Origin: an uncultured Candidatus Saccharibacteria bacterium
GTDB lineage: Bacteria > Patescibacteriota > Minisyncoccia > Phycocordibacterales > GWA1-40-21
Direction of reading: 5' to 3'
Assembly (NCBI GenBank): GCA_964613715.1
Contig: CAZTJK010000001.1
Span: 9,990 to 73,989, forward strand
DNA: 64,000 nt
Both the position numbers and the translations under genes were made by a program. Of the stretch, positions 39,965-49,028 are shown piece after piece (positions within the stretch are counted from its first letter, which is position 1; each line of letters opens with the position of its first letter). Under the pieces are notes generated by a model that was not told the DNA's origin, searched no databases, and saw only the letters and a list, made by a program, of their open reading frames with translations.

Positions 39965-40480
39965 TTATCTTATCGTTTTCGTTTCTGCCCGAGGCGACGC
40001 TCGGCGCTCTGTCCGCTTGTCGAGCTGGTCGAGAATCTTCAGGATCTTTTCATTCTGATTTTCCAGATGAATCAAAATGGTGTCAATTTCCTTCTCGGCA
40101 ATGAGATTCAGCTCGAAATCCGCCTGAGCCCGGGTCTCGGAATGCTCGCCCTGCAGATTCTGCCCGATCATCACGATCGGCATGAGAAAAAGCTGCATCA
40201 TGTTCGAAATGAAAAGCCAGAGGACGAATGCCGGGAACGGATCGAAACGCAAACCTGCAGGCATCACCACATTCCAGCCGAGCCAGAATACCGTCCAAAT
40301 GACGAGGAGATAGAAGAATCCCATCGTGCCGACTTTCTCAGTGATCCACGCAGCGATCTTTTCAGTTTTCGTCAAATGCTCCTTTTGAAGGATGTACATG
40401 TTGCGCACCGACGGGCGCATGCGCCTCAATTCGTCGCGCGATAACGGTTCTTCTGGCTTCATATGGTCCGATTTTATCAT
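39965..40480 (-). CDS. DUF1003-family membrane protein
   Basis: The C-terminal 170 aa carries two TM helices and the conserved RFDPFPAFVLWLFISNMMQLFLMPIVMIGQN block. The track ORF reaches 40753 but would overlap the divergent ctpA gene, so the start was set at an internal ATG. The start is uncertain. Confidence 0.55.
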   Translation of the reverse strand: MIKSDHMKPEEPLSRDELRRMRPSVRNMYILQKEHLTKTEKIAAWITEKVGTMGFFYLLVIWTVFWLGWNVVMPAGLRFDPFPAFVLWLFISNMMQLFLMPIVMIGQNLQGEHSETRAQADFELNLIAEKEIDTILIHLENQNEKILKILDQLDKRTERRASPRAETKTIR

Positions 40481-40529
40481 ACGCGCCTCGACAATAAAAG
40501 CCGCTTTTGAGATAATAGGCGGACAAACC

Positions 40530-41771
40530 ATGAAAGAGCATATCCATCGGCATAAGGCAGCGGGCATTATCGGCATCATCGTACTTGCGGCATTCTTCGG
40601 CGGTCTGTATCTTGGCAAGACAGTCCGGGCAGATTCGTCAGGAGAGCCGCTTGGCCTGCAAAGCTCATCCCAGGCGCTTTCAGTTGCCTCATCGAGTATC
40701 AATCTCGATCCGTTTTGGGCTGTCTGGAAAATTCTCGATTCGCGCTTCGTCATGACCCATAAGAATCAGAAGGCGGTCACCAATCAGGATAAAATATGGG
40801 GTGCCATCGAAGGCCTCACCGCCGCATACGGAGATCCATATACCGTATTCATGCCGCCAGCAGAAAGCACTGATTTCAAGACCAATATCAGCGGCGATTT
40901 CGAAGGCGTCGGCATGGAGCTTGCTATCAAGGATAATGCCATCGTCGTGGTCGCGCCGCTCAAAAATACGCCGGCATATAATGCAGGCATCAAGACAGGC
41001 GACATGCTGCTCTCTATCGACGGCAAAACTGCCGCTGGCATGTCCGTCGACAGCGCTGTGGGGCTCATCCGCGGCAAGGCAGGCACGGTTGTTGATCTCA
41101 AGTTCCTGCGCAACAACGTATCTGATCCGCTCGAGTTCAAAGTAACCCGCAGCGTCATTAATATCCCGACGCTCGAAACGAGCACAAAAGGCGATGTATT
41201 CATCATGCGCTTGTACAACTTCTATGCGCCGTCGGCTGATCAGTTCCGCATGGGCCTGCGCGAATTCGCCGAGTCAAACAAGCATAAGCTCATTCTCGAC
41301 CTGCGCGGCAACCCAGGCGGCTATCTCGATGCGGCCGTCGACATGGCAAGCTGGTTTTTGCCGATGGGGGAGGTCGTCGTGCGCGAGAATTTCGGTCCCA
41401 ATGTCGATGAAGATGTACATCGCAGCAAGGGGTATGACGTATTCAATAAAAGCTTGCATATGATGATTTTAGTCAATCAAGGATCTGCTTCTGCTGCAGA
41501 GATCCTCTCCGGCGCGCTCCAGGAGCATGGTATTGCAAAGCTTGTCGGCACGCGGACATTCGGCAAAGGATCCGTCCAAGAGCTCTTACCGATTACTTCA
41601 GACACCTCGCTTAAGATCACGATCGCGCGCTGGCTGACCCCAAATGGAATCTCCATTTCAGAAAACGGTCTGACGCCGGATTACAATGTCGAGATCACCG
41701 ATGCTGATTTCAAGGCCGGCAAGGACCCGCAGCTCGATAAGGCGATGCAATTGCTCGATCAACAGCCCTAA
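40530..41771 (+). CDS. ctpA: Carboxyl-terminal processing protease (peptidase S41)
   Basis: Start set at MKEHIHRHKAAGIIGIIVLAAFF, a membrane anchor. A PDZ domain is followed by DLRGNPGGYLDAAVDMASWF and an S/K catalytic dyad. Confidence 0.85.
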   Translation: MKEHIHRHKAAGIIGIIVLAAFFGGLYLGKTVRADSSGEPLGLQSSSQALSVASSSINLDPFWAVWKILDSRFVMTHKNQKAVTNQDKIWGAIEGLTAAYGDPYTVFMPPAESTDFKTNISGDFEGVGMELAIKDNAIVVVAPLKNTPAYNAGIKTGDMLLSIDGKTAAGMSVDSAVGLIRGKAGTVVDLKFLRNNVSDPLEFKVTRSVINIPTLETSTKGDVFIMRLYNFYAPSADQFRMGLREFAESNKHKLILDLRGNPGGYLDAAVDMASWFLPMGEVVVRENFGPNVDEDVHRSKGYDVFNKSLHMMILVNQGSASAAEILSGALQEHGIAKLVGTRTFGKGSVQELLPITSDTSLKITIARWLTPNGISISENGLTPDYNVEITDADFKAGKDPQLDKAMQLLDQQP

Positions 41772-41783
41772 CCAAACACAATT

Positions 41784-42233
41784 ATGAAAATCATTCTTCT
41801 CAAGGACGCAAAGAAAATCGGCAGGAAATATGAGATCAAGGATGTCGCAGACGGCTATGCGATCAATTCGCTCATTCCGCAGGGTATCGCTGTGCCGGCA
41901 ACCGCAAGCTATGTGAAGCTGATCGAGGCAAAGAAAAAGCAGGACCTCATCATGCAGGAAGAATTCAAGAAAGCATTCGAATTCGGCGTAAGCAAGCTCA
42001 AAGGTGGTAAGCTGCATGTCAGTGGCAAAGCAAGCGAAAAAGGGCATCTCTTCGCGAGCATCACCAAGGATCGGATCATTGAGGAATTCAAGAAAGAAAC
42101 CGGGATCGTGCTCGACTCGGAACATTTCGAGCTTGAGAAGCCGATCAAGGAAGTTGGGGAGCATGTAGTGCCCGTTTCGATCACCGGAACGAAATACAAA
42201 CTCATTATTTTCGTACAGCCGGAAGGGAAATAA
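41784..42233 (+). CDS. rplI: 50S ribosomal protein L9
   Basis: MKIILLKDAKKIGRKYEIKDVADGYAINSLIP... Confidence 0.9.
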   Translation: MKIILLKDAKKIGRKYEIKDVADGYAINSLIPQGIAVPATASYVKLIEAKKKQDLIMQEEFKKAFEFGVSKLKGGKLHVSGKASEKGHLFASITKDRIIEEFKKETGIVLDSEHFELEKPIKEVGEHVVPVSITGTKYKLIIFVQPEGK

Positions 42234-42263
42234 AAAAATCCCCCGATCGGGGGATTTTTTTAT
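42234..42263. terminator. Bidirectional intrinsic terminator: aaaaaaatcccccgatcgggggattttttt
   Basis: A perfect 8-bp GC-rich stem flanked by A7 and T7. Shared by rplI (+) and rpmA (-). Confidence 0.8.
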
Positions 42264-42532
42264 TTGATGTTGACGATATTGCGTCGAGTCATCGTCGAAT
42301 CGAAATTATTCTTTCGCTTCGTTCTGAATTCGACGATACCATCCTTGAGAGCAAAGAGAGTGTGATCCTTTCCTTTGCCGACGCCCGCGCCTGCGAGCGT
42401 ATCAGTGCCTTTTTGGCGGAGGATGATCTGGCCTGTGCGGATAGCCTGACCATCGTTCACCTTCACGCCAAGGTATCGCGGATTCGAATCTCGGCCGTTT
42501 TTAGATGAGCCTGCTGCCTTTTTATGTGCCAT
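42260..42532 (-). CDS. rpmA: 50S ribosomal protein L27
   Basis: [24 protein letters not shown]... Confidence 0.9.
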   Translation of the reverse strand: MAHKKAAGSSKNGRDSNPRYLGVKVNDGQAIRTGQIILRQKGTDTLAGAGVGKGKDHTLFALKDGIVEFRTKRKNNFDSTMTRRNIVNIK

Positions 42533-42565
42533 GGGATTGGGTTATTACGTGCTATAATCAGCCGA

Positions 42566-42997
42566 ATGAGTATAAAAGATTTTGGCCGAAAAATCAAGCC
42601 TCTGATAGGCAAGCTCACTGCTCGGATACGAAACCTCAAAGCTACCCCCGATATCCAGGATGATATCTCGATCGTTGTCCTCATCATCCTTGTGGGCCTG
42701 TCCTCCTTCGGCCTTGGCAGGCTTTCCAGCCTGGAAAAAGAGCAGCCGCCGATCGTCGTGGAAAAAACCGCCACAGCAGCTCTGGCAGGGGATACTACCC
42801 CAATGATAACCCGAGTAGGGGGAGCTCCGAACCAAAAAGGCCTCGTATTCGCTTCAAAATCAGGCACAAAATACTACTATCCCTGGTGTTCGGGGGCTGC
42901 CCGGGTCAAGGAAGAGAATAGGAAATGGTTCCCGAGCGTAGCACTCGCCAAAGCAGCAGGCCTGACCCCAGCAGCCAATTGTCCTGGGCTAGAATAA
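42566..42997 (+). CDS. Membrane-anchored protein with a degenerate Ada-like metal-binding domain
   Basis: Start set at MSIKDFG, with TATAAT 8 nt upstream. After a TM helix, YYYPWCSGAARVKEENRKWFPSVALAKAAGLTPAANCP aligns to N-Ada (CRPSCRARHALRENVSFYANASEALAAGFRPCKRC) but keeps only 2 of its 4 Cys residues. Confidence 0.5.
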   Translation: MSIKDFGRKIKPLIGKLTARIRNLKATPDIQDDISIVVLIILVGLSSFGLGRLSSLEKEQPPIVVEKTATAALAGDTTPMITRVGGAPNQKGLVFASKSGTKYYYPWCSGAARVKEENRKWFPSVALAKAAGLTPAANCPGLE

Positions 42998-43125
42998 GTA
43001 TTATCAAATTTTCTATCTTATGGCTCTATAGAGCCATATTATTCGTATCAGGACCTGCTAGACTATTGACATAAATAATTTACTATGCTATCATAGTATC
43101 AAATCCGTTTCGACGGGTTTTTATT

Positions 43126-43599
43126 ATGATAGAAATCATCACCACATCAATCTTCGTTTTTTCATCGATTTACAGCGCTCCGGTAACGGACGGGACTGAT
43201 ACTACGCCAATTGTGCCTCAGGTCCTTGCACCAAAGGCAGCAACGACCACTGCAGACATTCCGACAAACAAGGGAATTGAGGAGCAGGTTCGCAATTACT
43301 TCAAGGATGAACCGATCCTTGCGGACATTGCCCGCTGCGAATCAACCTTCCGTCAGTATGATGAGAATGGCAATATTCTTCGTGGCACAGTCAACAAGGG
43401 CGATATCGGCGTCATGCAGATCAACAAGTATTATCATGCCGATAAGGCGAAAAGCCTCGGCTATGACCTTGAGACGGTCGAAGGCAATATGGCCTATGCT
43501 CGATACCTCTACAACAAGGAAGGCGGCCAGCCATGGATCTCGTCATCGAAATGCTGGAGCAAGAGTACTGCTTCGTCAAATCAAGTAGCGATGAAGTAA
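43126..43599 (+). CDS. Secreted small lysozyme-like/SLT-like protein
   Basis: Signal peptide. ARCESTFRQY...GDIGVMQINKYYH matches the catalytic-Glu 'ES' and 'G-MQI' motifs of soluble lytic transglycosylases. Confidence 0.5.
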   Translation: MIEIITTSIFVFSSIYSAPVTDGTDTTPIVPQVLAPKAATTTADIPTNKGIEEQVRNYFKDEPILADIARCESTFRQYDENGNILRGTVNKGDIGVMQINKYYHADKAKSLGYDLETVEGNMAYARYLYNKEGGQPWISSSKCWSKSTASSNQVAMK

Positions 43600-43630
43600 C
43601 AAAAGCCCGCACAAGCGGGCTTTTGTTTTG
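43600..43630 (+). terminator. Intrinsic terminator: aagcccgc-acaa-gcgggctt followed by T-rich tract
   Basis: Hairpin followed by ttttgttttg. Confidence 0.7.
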
Positions 43631-43775
43631 TGTAAAGACATGAGGGAATAGTGGTGTTTGAAATAGTATATATGTCGCACAATATATCTTTGCGACACTA
43701 TATACTAGAGGATTCTAGCCATTCTTGAAAGACAAGACTTTCCTTGTCATGGCAAGCTTTTGGTATAATTATGCT

Positions 43776-43889
43776 ATGAAAAAGGTCAAAGTCACGCGCA
43801 GCGCAGTCAGCGGAAAATTCGTCACAAACAAATACGCGAAGCGCAAACCGAAAGTTACCGTCCGCGAGACGGTGCGCAAAAGAAAATAA
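43776..43889 (+). CDS. Small very basic protein (37 aa), leaderless
   Basis: MKKVKVTRSAVSGKFVTNKYAKRKPKVTVRETVRKRK. An extended -10 tgGTATAAT ends 7 nt before the ATG. Below the length cut-off of the ORF track. Confidence 0.35.
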   Translation: MKKVKVTRSAVSGKFVTNKYAKRKPKVTVRETVRKRK

Positions 43890-43924
43890 CCGCTGAATTC
43901 TCCCCCTCCTATAGATACCGAACT

Positions 43925-44173
43925 TTAGTTGCTCGGTATATTGTTCACGCCCGCCTGAAAGAGGCTAACGGCCAAATGCCAAAGATAAATGATCGGCGCG
44001 GAGATCCATGACCAGATCGTCAAAAGAATGTTCCAAAGCCACTGAAGGTTTGTCTGCACGGTACCGGAGCTGATGATGTTATTAATATTGAAGCCGAAAT
44101 AACCGAGCACGATGAGAATGATAATGATAATCAATATTTCCTTGATGAATCCTTTTTGATAGTTTGATCGCAT
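43925..44173 (-). CDS. Small Ile-rich membrane protein, hypothetical
   Basis: 82 aa with two TM helices, in an AT-rich segment. Would be the last gene of the minus-strand string. Confidence 0.35.
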   Translation of the reverse strand: MRSNYQKGFIKEILIIIIILIVLGYFGFNINNIISSGTVQTNLQWLWNILLTIWSWISAPIIYLWHLAVSLFQAGVNNIPSN

Positions 44174-44210
44174 ATGTTTTTAATTAATCTTGTTGCAAGT
44201 ATACCATAAA

Positions 44211-45476
44211 CTACAAATATTGCAGTGGGTCAAGATAGGCCTGAAGATCGGCAACCGGTACCGTATAGGTGCCATTGCAGACCCGGCTCTTCAGGCTCAG
44301 GATGCGGGTTCCTTGGCTGACATAGACGCCGAAATGAAGGTGTGGGCCGGTCGTAAAGCCCGTCAGGCCGGTATAGCCGATGATATCCCCTGTTGATACC
44401 GTGTCCCCTGCCCGCACCTTTATCAGGGAAAGGTGGGCATAAATAGTAGAAAGGCCGTTTCCATGCTGAATGAAAATCCAACGGCCGAATGATGCGCCCG
44501 GGCATACGGTATCAGTATCGCCAGTGCCAAGGATGGTACCGGAAAGCGCAGCTTTCACGGGCGTGCCGATCGGCGCCCCAAAATCGACACCATTATGACC
44601 CTTGCCATTGTAGGCATTCGTCGTTTTCGAGAAATCAGTCACACCGAATTTCTGGGTGATCTTGATCACGTCAAGCGGCCAGTGCAGGATGCCGGCATGA
44701 TATGCCGGATAGCTATTCGGATCGATGGCAAACTTGAGCTGCGACTGGAAATCCACGAGCTCATTGTCGAGCGCGAGGCTAAGGGCTTTTTTCTGCGCGA
44801 GGATTTTCTCGTAATTGGACTGCTTGTTCTTGGTATCGGCGAGCAATTTCTGCTTTTCTTTCTTCGACAGTTCGAGGACTGTTTTCTGGTCCTCGAGGCT
44901 TGCCTTGAGAGACATGAGCTCCTTGCGCTTTGCTTCAGTCGCTTTTTTATTGGTCTCGAGACGTGTCTTGGTATCTTTCGTTTCTTCGGTCTTCTGGCGG
45001 ATTTGATTTTCGACCTGGGAGATGGTTTCGATCTGATTCCAAAAATCGGAAATGCTGCGATATTTGAGCAGGTTCTCGACGAGGCTCACGGTATCGGTGC
45101 GATTGAGTTCGGCGATAAGCCCGGCAAGCGCTCGGTCATTTGCATCGATGAGCGCGATATTCTGATCGATCTGATTGGAAAGATCCTCGATCTGAAGTTC
45201 TGCCGCTTGGATCTTATTTTCAGTCAATTTGATATTCAGGGTATTTTTTTGAATAGTCACATCAAGCACTTTGAGCGCCACAGAAAGGCTGGTGGCCTGG
45301 CTCGAGACATCGGCAATCTGCGCCTCATAGCTTGCGATTTCCTTTTCAAGCGCCTCCTTTTGGGCGGTCGTGTCAGCTATTTTTGCCTGCAGATCATCGA
45401 TAGTCGATGCAATGGCGGTCGGGATATTTGCAAGCAGGAGGAAACCGGCAACGATACTGACCGATTTAGAGTACAT
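44211..45476 (-). CDS. EnvC-like murein hydrolase activator / M23 peptidase with an N-terminal coiled coil
   Basis: Signal peptide, a ~230-aa coiled coil, then an M23 domain HNGVDFGAPIGTPV...HLHFGV. Confidence 0.8.
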   Translation of the reverse strand: MYSKSVSIVAGFLLLANIPTAIASTIDDLQAKIADTTAQKEALEKEIASYEAQIADVSSQATSLSVALKVLDVTIQKNTLNIKLTENKIQAAELQIEDLSNQIDQNIALIDANDRALAGLIAELNRTDTVSLVENLLKYRSISDFWNQIETISQVENQIRQKTEETKDTKTRLETNKKATEAKRKELMSLKASLEDQKTVLELSKKEKQKLLADTKNKQSNYEKILAQKKALSLALDNELVDFQSQLKFAIDPNSYPAYHAGILHWPLDVIKITQKFGVTDFSKTTNAYNGKGHNGVDFGAPIGTPVKAALSGTILGTGDTDTVCPGASFGRWIFIQHGNGLSTIYAHLSLIKVRAGDTVSTGDIIGYTGLTGFTTGPHLHFGVYVSQGTRILSLKSRVCNGTYTVPVADLQAYLDPLQYL

Positions 45477-46806
45477 GAATGGCTCCTGTTATTCTCGCAA
45501 GCGATTCCTCTTTGCCGAATATGGAAAGCAGGGTGAATGGATCCGGTGACTTTTCCTTTCCGGAAAGGGCTACGCGCAGCGGCCAGAGCACATTTCCCTT
45601 TCCTTTCTCTTCGGCAAGCGGCATGAGCAAGCCTTTCAGCGATTCAGGATTAAAATCAGTCAGGGTTGAAAGCATGTCGGATATAGCACGAAGATTCGCC
45701 TGTGCCTCTGCTTTGGTGCCTCCTTTTTTCCATACGAGCATTTCCGGAGCAAGAGTTGGCCGGAGAGCGAAATAATCAAGCTCACCGAGTGCAAGCATGC
45801 TATCGATGTCGGACCAGACCTGGATGCGATCAAGGACGATCGGCGCCAGCTTTTCGAGCATTCCCCTATCGGAAATCTTGGATGCGATTCTCTTCCCTAT
45901 CTCATGCTGGACCGTTTTGGGCGGAAGACGCTTCATGTATTCCTTGTTATACCAGAGCAGCTTCTCTTTATTGAAAATGGCGCCGGCTTTCTGCACTTTC
46001 ATAATATCGAACCGATCGATGATCTCCGCTATAGAAAAAATTTCCTCGGTGCCGCCGGGATTCCAGCCAAGGAATGCGAGATAATTGACCATAGCTTCTG
46101 GCAAGTAGCCGTGTTCCCGATAATATTTAAGGGATACGAGCTCGCCTTCCTTGCGCTTGGATAGCTTAGACCGGTCGGCGTTCAAGATAAATGGCATATG
46201 GGCATAGACCGGCCGCGGCGCACCGATTGCTTCCTGGATGAGGATCTGCCGCGGCGTATTGTAAATGCCGTCTTCGCCGCGAATGATATGATTGACCCCC
46301 ATTTCGAAATCGTCGATAACGACGGCAAGATGATAGATCGGCTCGTCGAGGGATTTTGCAATCACGAAATCACCGAGCTCTGCGGTATCAACCGTTACTT
46401 CGCCGCGGATCATATCTGTAAAGGTGACTTTTTTGCCTGGGTTTTTCAGACGAATAACCTCGCTGCGCTGGCCTTCTTCCTTCGCTTCCTCTTTCGAGAT
46501 ATAGGCTTTGCCGCTTGCGATAAGCTCTTCAAGATATTTCCGGTATGTGGCCGCATGTTCGGACTGCTTGTAGACATGGGCAAAATCAAGCTTAAGACCA
46601 AGCCACTCTAAGCCTTCGACGATATCATCGGCATATTCTTGTTTTGAGCGCTCGCGATCAGTATCTTCAAGACGAAAGAGAAGCTTGCCGCCATTCTTCT
46701 TCACGAAAAAATAATTAAAAAGTGCGGTGCGGGCATTACCGATATGAAACCATCCCGTCGGCGACGGCGGAAAACGCGCAATGATGCTGTTGGTATTATT
46801 GCTCAT
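45466..46806 (-). CDS. gltX: Glutamyl-tRNA synthetase
   Basis: Start set at MSNNTNSIIARFPPSPTGWFHIGNARTALFNY, which contains the HIGH motif. KLSKR is the KMSKS variant. Confidence 0.9.
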   Translation of the reverse strand: MSNNTNSIIARFPPSPTGWFHIGNARTALFNYFFVKKNGGKLLFRLEDTDRERSKQEYADDIVEGLEWLGLKLDFAHVYKQSEHAATYRKYLEELIASGKAYISKEEAKEEGQRSEVIRLKNPGKKVTFTDMIRGEVTVDTAELGDFVIAKSLDEPIYHLAVVIDDFEMGVNHIIRGEDGIYNTPRQILIQEAIGAPRPVYAHMPFILNADRSKLSKRKEGELVSLKYYREHGYLPEAMVNYLAFLGWNPGGTEEIFSIAEIIDRFDIMKVQKAGAIFNKEKLLWYNKEYMKRLPPKTVQHEIGKRIASKISDRGMLEKLAPIVLDRIQVWSDIDSMLALGELDYFALRPTLAPEMLVWKKGGTKAEAQANLRAISDMLSTLTDFNPESLKGLLMPLAEEKGKGNVLWPLRVALSGKEKSPDPFTLLSIFGKEESLARITGAIHVL

Positions 46807-47926
46807 GTTCGAGGCCAAGATGCAGGATCTCCTTCGCGATGACACGCGCAGCATCCGGCTTTACAAAGCGCTTAGCGCCATCGGACATTTTTGCGGCAAT
46901 ATTCGGATTATCGGTGATCCTTGTAATCTCGGAGAGAAGAATGTTCGGCGAAAGATTTGATTCTTCAATAACGATTGCCGCGCCGGATTCGGCATACGCA
47001 TAGGCATTCTGCCGTTGGTGGTCGCCATTCGTATCCGTAATCGGCACAATAATGCTCGGGATACCCCAGTATGCAATCTCAAATATGGTAGAACCGGCGC
47101 GGGAAATGACGAGATCCGCGGCGCCTGCAGCCATGCTCATATTGAGGCTGTCGAGATAGTCAAATGGGCGGTAGCGGAAGCGGTGCACATTGTCGCCAAG
47201 GACGATATTGGCAGCACCGATAGCTTCTGCCATATTGTTTTTTCCGATCTGGTGAATGACATAATATTTTTCGACAAGCTGCGGCAAGATGCTCTGGAGC
47301 GTTTCGTTCAAGAGCTTTGCACCAAGTGATCCTCCGAGAATGAGCAGTACGGGCAATGATTCAGTCAGATTCAGGAATTGACGCGCGGCGTCTTTCCGCT
47401 GCGGCATGGCAATATCAGCTCGGACAGGATTGCCAGTCACGGCGACTTTCTTGGCATCGAAAAAGCGCGCCGCATTCGGATACGATACGGCAATGCGTTT
47501 GGCGAACTTCCCTGCCCATACATTCGTGCGTCCCGGCGCGGAATCAGATTCATGGATGAATACAGGAATTTTCAAAAACCGTGCCGCAAAAAGAACCGGG
47601 AAACTAGTATACGCCCCTTTGCTGAACACCACATCAGGATAGATGCGGAACAATCTCACGAAAGCGACGAGGATGCCTGAAATGGTCTTGAATATGTCGA
47701 AAATATTGAGAAGCGAAAAATAGCGGCGCGCTTTCCCGGCAGGTATCCCGATGAACTGTATATTGTTCTCGAGCAGCATCGCGGCATCATGGGGCGCATC
47801 TGACATATAGAAAAGCTCGACCGGAAGCAGCTTTTCCTCTTTGACTATCTTATTGATTTCTTCCGCGACCGCGATAAGGGGGTAAAAATGACCGCCGGAG
47901 CCGCCGCCCGTTAAAAGTATTTTCAT
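46796..47926 (-). CDS. murG: UDP-N-acetylglucosamine--N-acetylmuramyl-(pentapeptide) pyrophosphoryl-undecaprenol N-acetylglucosamine transferase
   Basis: MKILLTGGGSGGHFYPLIAV and a GT-B fold. Confidence 0.9.
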   Translation of the reverse strand: MKILLTGGGSGGHFYPLIAVAEEINKIVKEEKLLPVELFYMSDAPHDAAMLLENNIQFIGIPAGKARRYFSLLNIFDIFKTISGILVAFVRLFRIYPDVVFSKGAYTSFPVLFAARFLKIPVFIHESDSAPGRTNVWAGKFAKRIAVSYPNAARFFDAKKVAVTGNPVRADIAMPQRKDAARQFLNLTESLPVLLILGGSLGAKLLNETLQSILPQLVEKYYVIHQIGKNNMAEAIGAANIVLGDNVHRFRYRPFDYLDSLNMSMAAGAADLVISRAGSTIFEIAYWGIPSIIVPITDTNGDHQRQNAYAYAESGAAIVIEESNLSPNILLSEITRITDNPNIAAKMSDGAKRFVKPDAARVIAKEILHLGLEHEQ

Positions 47927-49026
47927 TGCTTGGTGAATCGTGAAATATTCAGGATAATGCCGATTTCAACGAGCGTCATGAGCATTGCCGTGCCTCCTTG
48001 GCTGAAAAAAGCCAGCGGAATGCCGGAAAAAGGCACGACGCCGAGCGTTGAACCGATATTAATAAAGGACTGTACGCTGATAATTATAACAATTCCAACG
48101 ACGAAAAGTCCACTGAATGCGTCGGGCGCGCGGACAGCGATCCGAAAGCCGCGGAAAATGAAGAATAGGAAGAGGATAATCACGCCGGCAGCGCCGACAA
48201 AGCCGAGCTCCTCGCCGAGCACTGCAAAAATAGAATCGCTGACCGATTCGGGAAGGAATTTGTATTTCTGTATACTTTGTCCGAGCCCGCGGCCGAAAAA
48301 TCCTCCCGAGCCGATGGCGATGAGCGATTGCTGGACCTGGTAGCCGGATGTCAGGGCATTATCCGCCGGATTGAAAAAGGTATGAATGCGCGACATCACG
48401 TATGGTCGCGCAAGCGCAATGACCGCAATGCCGATGATGCCGACAAGCCCCAAAAAAAATACGTGGCGGAACTGTCCGCCGGCGACAAGAAGCATGCCGA
48501 CGCCCGCGGTACACAGAATGAGGAATGAGTCAGTATCAGGCTGGGCGAGCAGGAGAATACCCATGACCCCGAGCATGAGCGTCAGCGGCGCCAAGCCGTG
48601 CCGGAGCGTCGCGGCTTTCTCTTTGACATAAGAAAGCCACGCAGCAAAATAAGCGACGAATGCGATATTCAGGAGCGCGACCGGCTGAAATGAAAGACCG
48701 AAGAGCATGATCCAGCGCCGGGCACCGTTTATCTTGGCGCCGATTCCTGGTAGAAAGACAGCGCACATGAGAAGAAGCGACGCAAGAAACAGGAAAAATG
48801 CGTATTTCTTGAAGAACACATAGCGGACTTTCGAAAGGAAAAAACAGGCCAGCAAGCCGAGCAGAATCCCGAAAAATGCCTGCTTGAAAGCGATCGACCC
48901 GAATGCAGCGCTCGATGATGTGGCAAGGATACCGAGCGATGCCGACACGAATACGGTAAAGCCGATAATGACAAGAGCAATGGTCAGCGAGAGAAATACT
49001 TTGTCGACGCCCCGCTCCTTGCTCAT
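47923..49026 (-). CDS. ftsW: Peptidoglycan glycosyltransferase FtsW/RodA (SEDS family)
   Basis: Ten TM helices, with GSGGFFGRGLGQSIQKYKFLPE..DSIFAV. Position between mraY and murG. Confidence 0.85.
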   Translation of the reverse strand: MSKERGVDKVFLSLTIALVIIGFTVFVSASLGILATSSSAAFGSIAFKQAFFGILLGLLACFFLSKVRYVFFKKYAFFLFLASLLLMCAVFLPGIGAKINGARRWIMLFGLSFQPVALLNIAFVAYFAAWLSYVKEKAATLRHGLAPLTLMLGVMGILLLAQPDTDSFLILCTAGVGMLLVAGGQFRHVFFLGLVGIIGIAVIALARPYVMSRIHTFFNPADNALTSGYQVQQSLIAIGSGGFFGRGLGQSIQKYKFLPESVSDSIFAVLGEELGFVGAAGVIILFLFFIFRGFRIAVRAPDAFSGLFVVGIVIIISVQSFINIGSTLGVVPFSGIPLAFFSQGGTAMLMTLVEIGIILNISRFTKQ

Positions 49027-49028
49027 AG

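Noticed and set aside
40481-40753. N-terminal 90 codons of track ORF 39965..40753 (minus strand)
   Set aside because: This segment would overlap the divergent ctpA coding start and promoter. The conserved DUF1003 region begins downstream, so an internal start was preferred.
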